Virus record (IMG/VR): IMGVR_UViG_3300009181_000042
Span: 1 to 64,000 of that record
DNA: 64,000 bases
Direction: 5' to 3' (one strand)
Source: a virus
The notes under the pieces were generated by a model. That model did not search any database, was not told where the DNA came from, and saw only the letters and a list, made by a program, of their open reading frames with translations. The number at the start of each line of letters is the position of its first letter. Position 1 is the first letter of the stretch. This document shows positions 59,401 to 64,000 of the stretch, piece by piece. A program made the translations under genes and the position numbers.

Positions 59401-60612
59401 CGACCCGGCTACTAGGTTGCCTGTGACATTGACATTGCTTACAGTGATGGCTGTGTTGACCACTAGTGCATTTACAGTGGTAGTGCCTGCACTCTGTATG
59501 GTGGTGTTGCTGTCTATGCCATTGAACACAGCAGCGCCTGTGCTGTTGATAGTAGCAGTGGTTATGTTGTTGTTGCTGACCAAGCTGCCAACTATGGCGC
59601 CGCCAGCACCCACATTCAGTGATGCAGTGCTGGTAGCTGTGTTTACATTCAGGCTGTTGACCTGAGTAGCACCGGTTGAGTTCAGCGTAGCAGTGGTTAT
59701 GTTGTTGTTGCTGACCAAGCTATCAACTATAGCGCCACCGGCGCCAACGTTCAGCGATGCAGTGCTAGTAGCTGTGTTTACATTTAGGCTGTGTACTTGA
59801 GCTAGGTCGGCTATGTTTAAGTTAGCGCCATAGATATTGGCGTTACTGATCAGCTGATTGACTGTAGTTAATCCTGCGCTTTGTATAGTTGTGTTGCTGC
59901 TTATGCTGTTGCCGAGTATGAACGTACCGGCCTGCACAAACGTGTTACTGATTACGCTGTTAACTACAAGATCTTGCGCTATTGCTAAGTTACTGAATGT
60001 AACAGTACCTCTGACAAACAAGTTGCCGTTTACGTCGAGATCGGTACCTATGTTACCCGATCCAGCAATTACCAAACTGTTTCCAGTAAACACATTTGCT
60101 GTGATCAGATCGGCGCCGGTGATACTACCGTTAATACCTGTTATCGAGATGTTGCTTGCAGCGAGCAAACCAAGAACATTGATGTTGCTGGTGTTCAATG
60201 CTAGATTAACGTTGTCCCAATAGAAATTAGCATAATCACCGCTGAAGCTATTACCGCTACCTGCGAATTGGACAGTACCAGGATACCCATAGCTGGTTCC
60301 TGCCCCAGTACCAAAGGCAGCAGTGGTCATGAACGTACCGTCAGGGAACTTTATACCACTGGTTGTTGTGGCAGTGTTGGTGATCTTGATGTTGCCCCAG
60401 ACATCTATCGGATACTGTGGGCCGTTAGTACCTATACCAACAGTTGTAAACGTACCTTGTCCGGCTGCGATATTAGCATTACTGCCATTAGGTAATAAAA
60501 AGCTGATGGTACCGTCAGCATTGGTAACACGGGGCCCTTGTTTGCCCAGGCTGAGATCACCTGATACGCCACTAAGCTTAAAGTCGAACGTTGGGTTATT
60601 TGGCAGCGACAT
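53452..60612 (-). CDS. Giant repeat-rich tail fibre/adhesin (beta-solenoid-like)
   Basis: 2386 aa of N/S/T/G/V/I repeats, GALVVTGGVGIGGNL motifs, and a C-terminal FRTAHY.VQ..LIHDGT.VY.TEYG domain. Confidence 0.75.
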   Translation of the reverse strand: MSLPNNPTFDFKLSGVSGDLSLGKQGPRVTNADGTISFLLPNGSNANIAAGQGTFTTVGIGTNGPQYPIDVWGNIKITNTATTTSGIKFPDGTFMTTAAFGTGAGTSYGYPGTVQFAGSGNSFSGDYANFYWDNVNLALNTSNINVLGLLAASNISITGINGSITGADLITANVFTGNSLVIAGSGNIGTDLDVNGNLFVRGTVTFSNLAIAQDLVVNSVISNTFVQAGTFILGNSISSNTTIQSAGLTTVNQLISNANIYGANLNIADLAQVHSLNVNTATSTASLNVGAGGAIVDSLVSNNNITTATLNSTGATQVNSLNVNTATSTASLNVGAGGAIVGSLVSNNNITTATINSTGAAVFNGIDSNTTIQSAGTTTVNALVVNTAITVSNVNVTGNLVAGSITSNTTIQSADTATVNSLISNANIYGANLNIAGLAQINSLNVNTATSTASLNVGAGGAIVGSLVSNNNITTASINSTGAAQVNSLNSNTNVVATNLQSTDTASVNALISNANIYGANLNIAGRGYINSLNVNADISTASLTVGDGGAVVGSLTSNTFVQANTQVTARTVVSNTTISAGSLISGSDFRSNGFVEGVTLKTSDLALVSSLQVNTAVVTSTLNVITNAIVQTITSNTTIQSAGTALFQTVNSNTSVTALGINAFNGISGNTITANVSTTTANLTVSGLATVTNNTESYSTSSGALVVTGGVGIGGNLNVLGDTLLDGNVRINGNLIVIGNTTIFNTNTISVLGPTIEVGSDSANNPPLTSNDGYDRGIIMHYYVTEDNHAFMGWQNSTGRFVYLNNVQPGVTNVFNPFESVSGFVYGAAQFGELYLSNSTVSINSSTGALVVTGGVGIGGNVNATGQIATTGAGRFGQDLLANQLNSNAAISAVGLISGGAVHANNEVSSTNISATNQISALLIAANTSITSAGITALNNMTGNILVGNIAVITPNVQATTLITGQDIVSNTNIYSATYGSSGKAVFASIDSNTTIQSAGTATLNALVVNTAIIVSNISVTGNLVAGAITSNTTIQSAGVTTVNSLVANNNIYGDTVNVNGLATVNSLISNNNITTASINSTGAAVFDSINSNTTIQAAGAVTVNSLLANANVTGANLNISGTAWQGNVYSNGIIQSAGLATVNQLISNANIYGANLNIAGETQVNSLNVNTATSTASLNVGAGGAVVGSLISNANIYGANLNIAGLAQVNSLNVNAATSTNSLNVGAGGAIVDSLVSNNNITTATINSTGAAVFNGIDSNTTIQSAGTTTVNALVVNTAITVSNVNVTGNLVAGSITSNTSIQSAGTATVNQLISNANIYSANLNIAGVSYTNSLNVNTATSTASLNVGAGGAIVGSLVSNTNITTATINSTGAAQVNSFVANTTIQGIGTATLNALVVNAAITANDVTVANDLVARTITSNVTIQANGTITGSSFESNGAINGQSLNIRNTVIAQDIFANATITASNLIVSNITEFNVIVSNTSVTAGTYINARQLIANVNVGIGTATVQYPLDIYGNIHIGNTASTTSGILFPDGTFQETAAFYTPSYGTQGTIQFAGAANTFSGNSGSLIWHTGNTTLGVSSVFINSNVQSTSPLNGALTVYGGVGIVGNLNITGNITLTGNVNQITGNSGVFYGDTYGFGALYGGIISGYVYQPNTVLQLSANVDDFAQLNLQNINPGTAASGDIVVTADNGNSTDTYINMGINSSTFAPGLVDRANDGYLYVAGNTVTGGGNLILGTLANNDIVFTQGGDSPGNEAARLVYGQGLVIGQTTPSISTATGALTVAGGVGIGGNLNVGGVFDVGGLATFSAITATGEIVTGSLTSNGTIQSAGIATVNDLISNTNITTVTFNSTGAAQASSLTVNTVISTDTITSSGAATFASISSNGTIQSGGTATVNELISNTNIFGATLNTSGAVVVDSLTSNTTIQSNGAAVFNNFTANTRSYITSGGIDVVGDSTISGNLTVTGNLTLSGNTTVINVQSLTIVDPVIELGIGTGGTPLVVDDGYDRGVLMDYYHNPAYNGETAGFNHAFMGYDNSTGRLIYVTNVAPGELNVSNEITLYPGIIYGGATFGNIWLGNAQSISTDTNSGGVVSLGGIGTDGNINVGGQLSNFTGNINIFGSNTATSSTTGALTVAGGVGVIGNLFVGGNIVVNNSAQFSYVIASNAITAASLFSNATIQASSDLFANTVTSNTTIQAGTSLLANTVTSNTTIQAGTSLLANTVTSNTTIQANSTITGSRIESNGAVNGASLNIRGFANVQVLQSNGYVSGNTWVIDGNAHTSTSTFQQVVDAWPAATFRTAHYMVQVTDTTNSYYQATQVMLIHDGTDVYLTEYGDIYTNQSLGLFQADIVSNMVELLFTPNTSATMIIKSVRTAIDT
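53897..54049 (-). repeat. 51-bp tandem repeat x3
   Basis: Encodes ANTVTSNTTIQA(GTSLL) units. Confidence 0.85.
56723..59586 (-). repeat. 185-bp near-identical internal duplication (56723-56907 and 59402-59586)
   Basis: 6 mismatches counted by eye, all synonymous. Confidence 0.85.
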
Positions 60613-60651
60613 CTGGTCTCCGGCTGAGTATTAGGCCATTAGAGTTCCTAA

Positions 60652-60658
60652 TATTTAG
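60652..60658 (-). promoter_or_regulatory. Late promoter motif CTAAATA
   Basis: Upstream of the 2386-aa fibre gene. Confidence 0.55.
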
Positions 60659-60677
60659 TTTGGCCTAACCAGCAAGA

Positions 60678-62891
60678 TTAACTGTAGTCCATGGTTATGC
60701 GATAAGCACCTTGTGTACTGGTTCCTACGCCAACAAATGCCTTGATTGCAGTGGTTGTTATCACTGGATAACTCAGTGATGTGGTGTAAGATCCCACAGT
60801 TGTAGTATCTATCAGCGTGTTGTCCATGAGCAAACCTGGTATGCTGTCAGTACCTATAGATATGTTGCTGGCTGAGTCGTTAAATGCTGTGGTTATCTGC
60901 ACATCTAAGAACACCACAGTCTTAGGTGCTGCCATGGTACCAACCATAACTGGACTTGTGCTAGTGTATGTGCCAGCAGCTAGGAAGTTATAGATCAGCG
61001 TGGTGCTGCCAACCGAGCTGTTACCAATGTTATGACCATCTGTGCTCAGTCCGATTGGTTGCCATATAGTAGGAACGAGTGCTGCTGCAATGTACGCTTG
61101 GTTATGACCGCTGCCGTCGTCGTATACATACACAATCGTGCCCTGCGTCACAGTCAGCGCATCACGGTCAGCAATGGTATTGACAAAATAACCAACTGCA
61201 ACACCTGTTGGCCCAGTCGGACCAGTCAGCTGGCTGATGCTGCTGATGCTCCAGGCTACGATATCAACAAGGTCGCCTGTTACGCTAGGCGCATTTAGCG
61301 TGATCACGTTTCCGTTATTAGCCAGATATTCACTAGGAGTAAGCTTAACACCGTTGACAAAGACTTCTACATAGGGCGGCGTGTATGCACACACAAACTG
61401 CGTTTGCCCATTGGTAGCCGCAAAATTATATTCTTGGAACGCACCAACGTTTGCAGGACCAGTGGGACCAGTAGCCCCGCTGCCTGTTGGGCCAGTAGCA
61501 CCTGTTGGATTGATACCTGCCAGCTGCCATGCTATGATGGTAACAGGATCCCCGCCAACTGCTGCGTTGTCTAGTACTACTGTAACGCCGTCTGTAGCCA
61601 CATACAGATCCGGAGTTAACAATATACCGTTATAATAAACGTCTATCCATCCTACGTAGTAGGCAGCTGGAAAAACCGTTTGGCCATTTGTGGCTACAAT
61701 GTCAAATCGAGCATACGCACCCAGTGCTGCGGGACCAGTAGGACCAATAGGCCCAGTTGAACCGCTTGTACCAGTTGGTCCGGTAGCACCTGTGTTCACT
61801 GCAGTGCCTGGGGTACCAGTTGGTCCAGTTGGACCGGTTGGACCAGTAAATCCTGTGCTGCTACCTATCACTTGCCAGTATGCATTGGTATCTGTTGGAT
61901 TGATACAGATGTATGCCACATGTGTGGTGATGTTGATCCATATACTGCCAAATCCATACCCAATGGTCTCATCGTCATTGACAGTTGGCGGATTAAGTGC
62001 AGTGTAGTTGTTTAGAGGTCCAACATAACCAACCTGTGCAAGCTTTACTGCGCTAGCATCGTCAATCTTGATATAGACCGGCATAGCAAGATTGTTGGGT
62101 CTGACAGTTGTTAGCCCGCCAGGGACAGTGGTGCTTAGATATAGTACATCACCGGGTAATCCCGGCAGGCCGCTGAGCCCGTACAGTATCTTGCCGCGCG
62201 GTTCCCAACTAAAATAATCATAACCAGGTATACCCAGCTGTCGTACTGTACCGATCACAGCAGTAGTTGTGTAACTATTTGCTATGGCTAGCTGATATGA
62301 TCCGTCGTTGCGTAGATATATGACATCGCCGACATCAAACCCGTACCCCGGTTGGAATATGGTTACCAGATTCTGTTTGAGGTTTCTTGACTCAAACTTG
62401 CTGATGACATCTTGCAGGAACCCTGGATAGGGTTGTATGAAGCTGTTGTACAGTGTTAGCGTGTGGAATACAGGAATACCGTCTTCGTCTATGGCAAATA
62501 TGAATCCCGGATCGCCAGTTGCTGCAACACCGTCTTGGCTAGAGAACTGTTCCCAACGGCCAGTGTCTTCGATAACACATTCGATGTAATCAGCTGTTGC
62601 TGTGGTTATCTGCACTATCTGGGTACATTTACCAGTAGCAGCCTCGCCGTACCACATGCCAACTTGTATGTCTAATCCGTCGTATATGTACAGCTGAGGT
62701 GTGCTAAAGCTGCTGTGATTCTGCTGTATGACCGTGGCAGTCATGGTCCAGCGATAGGGCTGCGGAGCAGGACCGCCTTGCCACCATTGATCTTCGCCAT
62801 ATACCGGACCTTCGTCGACTGGCCAATAGTCTAAGGGAGTTATGGTGATGTTGTCTACAAACAGCGTGAGGATTGGTAGGATGGATGCCAT
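60678..62891 (-). CDS. Virion protein with collagen-like GPT repeats
   Basis: 737 aa; three GPTGPTG tracts flanking two TNGQT.F..V.VNG modules. Confidence 0.7.
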   Translation of the reverse strand: MASILPILTLFVDNITITPLDYWPVDEGPVYGEDQWWQGGPAPQPYRWTMTATVIQQNHSSFSTPQLYIYDGLDIQVGMWYGEAATGKCTQIVQITTATADYIECVIEDTGRWEQFSSQDGVAATGDPGFIFAIDEDGIPVFHTLTLYNSFIQPYPGFLQDVISKFESRNLKQNLVTIFQPGYGFDVGDVIYLRNDGSYQLAIANSYTTTAVIGTVRQLGIPGYDYFSWEPRGKILYGLSGLPGLPGDVLYLSTTVPGGLTTVRPNNLAMPVYIKIDDASAVKLAQVGYVGPLNNYTALNPPTVNDDETIGYGFGSIWINITTHVAYICINPTDTNAYWQVIGSSTGFTGPTGPTGPTGTPGTAVNTGATGPTGTSGSTGPIGPTGPAALGAYARFDIVATNGQTVFPAAYYVGWIDVYYNGILLTPDLYVATDGVTVVLDNAAVGGDPVTIIAWQLAGINPTGATGPTGSGATGPTGPANVGAFQEYNFAATNGQTQFVCAYTPPYVEVFVNGVKLTPSEYLANNGNVITLNAPSVTGDLVDIVAWSISSISQLTGPTGPTGVAVGYFVNTIADRDALTVTQGTIVYVYDDGSGHNQAYIAAALVPTIWQPIGLSTDGHNIGNSSVGSTTLIYNFLAAGTYTSTSPVMVGTMAAPKTVVFLDVQITTAFNDSASNISIGTDSIPGLLMDNTLIDTTTVGSYTTSLSYPVITTTAIKAFVGVGTSTQGAYRITMDYS

Positions 62892-62904
62892 GGTTATGCT
62901 TCCA

Positions 62905-63999
62905 TCATCCGGTGAATATCATGGTAACCCAGAGATATCCATTACCGCTAGTTGGTATACCAGTGTTACCAGGCGTCAGTGCAAACAAGCTGGTACTGTC
63001 AATAGTCAAGCTCAATGCGCTGTATGATCCGCCAGTTGCACCAGTTGGCACTGTTTGCCTATAAGCACCTGCTGGTTGGACCAACGGTCCACCCTGGCAG
63101 CTCACTATGCTAGGGTATTGGTTCAAGTTGTGATCAATGGTGATCTGTGTATCACTCAGTCTGGTTATCTGAGGTGCTGTTATGTTGACCAAGTTGTCCG
63201 CAAATGCAGTCGGTGCAATGATACCGCTGTTAAAGATCAATCTAAAGCTTATCAGGCTGGTTGCTGCTGGACCAGCTGAGCCAGTAGGACCACTTGGACC
63301 AGTAACGCCCTGTGTACCAGTCGGACCTGTTACTGCGCTGACAGGACCCGTTGGTCCAGAATTACCCGTGGGCCCTGTGCCACCAGTCGGGCCAATTGGC
63401 CCGCCACTAGGACCCGTAGGACCGGTAACAGTTGATAGATTGGCTATCTCCCAGGCTACAATGCTGACTGGGTCGCCGCCCAGCGCAGCGTTAGTTAATG
63501 TTACAGACGTGCCGTTGTCTGCGATATAATCGTTGGTTGGTACTAACAACAGCCCGTTGTAGTAGACATCAACAAATCCTGGTTCGTATGCAGCAGCAAA
63601 CACAGTCTGTCCGGGTGCTGCATACGTGTCGTATCGCATGAATGCACCACTAGCAGCCGGACCAGTGGGGCCTGCGTTGCCAGTTGGACCTGTGCTATTT
63701 GGTCCGGTTGGACCTGGCGGACCCGGCGGGCCTTGTGCACCACCAGTGTTGGTAGCCTGCGGTGCATTGCCGCCGCCGGCAATGGCACCATAATTCAGCA
63801 GTATCTGACTGACCTGACCAACGAAATATACATCAGTTGGCGGCGGTACGAGATACTTGCGATCTACAACAGCACGCACCCAAACATAGTTGCCACTAAA
63901 ATTGTAAGCGTAAATGCCAGTGTCACCGTTGGACGAATTAGGTGATCCGTTTAGTGGCCATTGATTTAATTCTGGATTATAACCAGTTGGCAGTGCAGG
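62905..63999 (-). CDS. Collagen-like virion protein (5' end beyond the window)
   Basis: Frame stays open from 63999 (PALPTGYNPE...NFSGNYVWVRAV); G-X-T tracts and the same beta module as the previous gene. Confidence 0.7.
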   Translation of the reverse strand, partial: PALPTGYNPELNQWPLNGSPNSSNGDTGIYAYNFSGNYVWVRAVVDRKYLVPPPTDVYFVGQVSQILLNYGAIAGGGNAPQATNTGGAQGPPGPPGPTGPNSTGPTGNAGPTGPAASGAFMRYDTYAAPGQTVFAAAYEPGFVDVYYNGLLLVPTNDYIADNGTSVTLTNAALGGDPVSIVAWEIANLSTVTGPTGPSGGPIGPTGGTGPTGNSGPTGPVSAVTGPTGTQGVTGPSGPTGSAGPAATSLISFRLIFNSGIIAPTAFADNLVNITAPQITRLSDTQITIDHNLNQYPSIVSCQGGPLVQPAGAYRQTVPTGATGGSYSALSLTIDSTSLFALTPGNTGIPTSGNGYLWVTMIFTG

Positions 64000-64000
64000 A

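Noticed and set aside
56723-59586. Possible diversity-generating retroelement TR/VR pair
   Set aside because: Both copies lie inside one ORF, differences are synonymous rather than adenine-specific, and no reverse transcriptase is in the window
53548-60634. Many + strand Leu/Val-rich ORFs
   Set aside because: Antisense reading of the N/T/S-rich fibre gene
1-64000. Stop-codon reassignment as in some jumbo phages
   Set aside because: Very long ORFs are intact in the standard code; TAA, TGA and TAG all end genes at sensible positions
1-64000. tRNA/rRNA genes, integrase or transposase
   Set aside because: Intergenic gaps are short and none showed a cloverleaf or such motifs by eye; tRNAscan-SE would be needed to exclude formally

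Overview
Gene-dense 64-kb segment of a large (probably jumbo) T4-like myovirus read in the standard genetic code; host probably an alphaproteobacterium (inference from a YdcH/DUF465-like gene and leaderless genes). Left arm (+ strand): baseplate and virion genes, including a 3687-aa protein, then a ~10-kb cluster of six glycosyltransferase-like genes, a methyltransferase and two radical-SAM enzymes, then DHFR, a duplicated micro-ORF cassette and thyA. Middle (mostly - strand): genes behind sigma70-like promoters (MoxR-type AAA ATPase plus VWA/metallopeptidase, SpoT-like HD hydrolase, T4-type RNase H, more methyltransferases and GT-like genes). It also holds a 7-deazaguanine DNA-modification locus (QueE, QueD, FolE, DpdA/TGT, a second T-fold protein with an LxxxHRHxF motif, a GT-B glycosyltransferase, an MTA/SAH nucleosidase; no QueC in the window). 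Right end (- strand): a 2386-aa N/S/T-rich repeat fibre and two collagen-like (GPT) virion proteins. Best candidates for new biology: (1) a QueC-less, glycosyltransferase-linked deazaguanine pathway; (2) a possible virion glycosylation system; (3) pseudoknot-like leaders on folE and queD; (4) frequent leaderless genes. All product calls come from motif recognition by eye; no database search was run.
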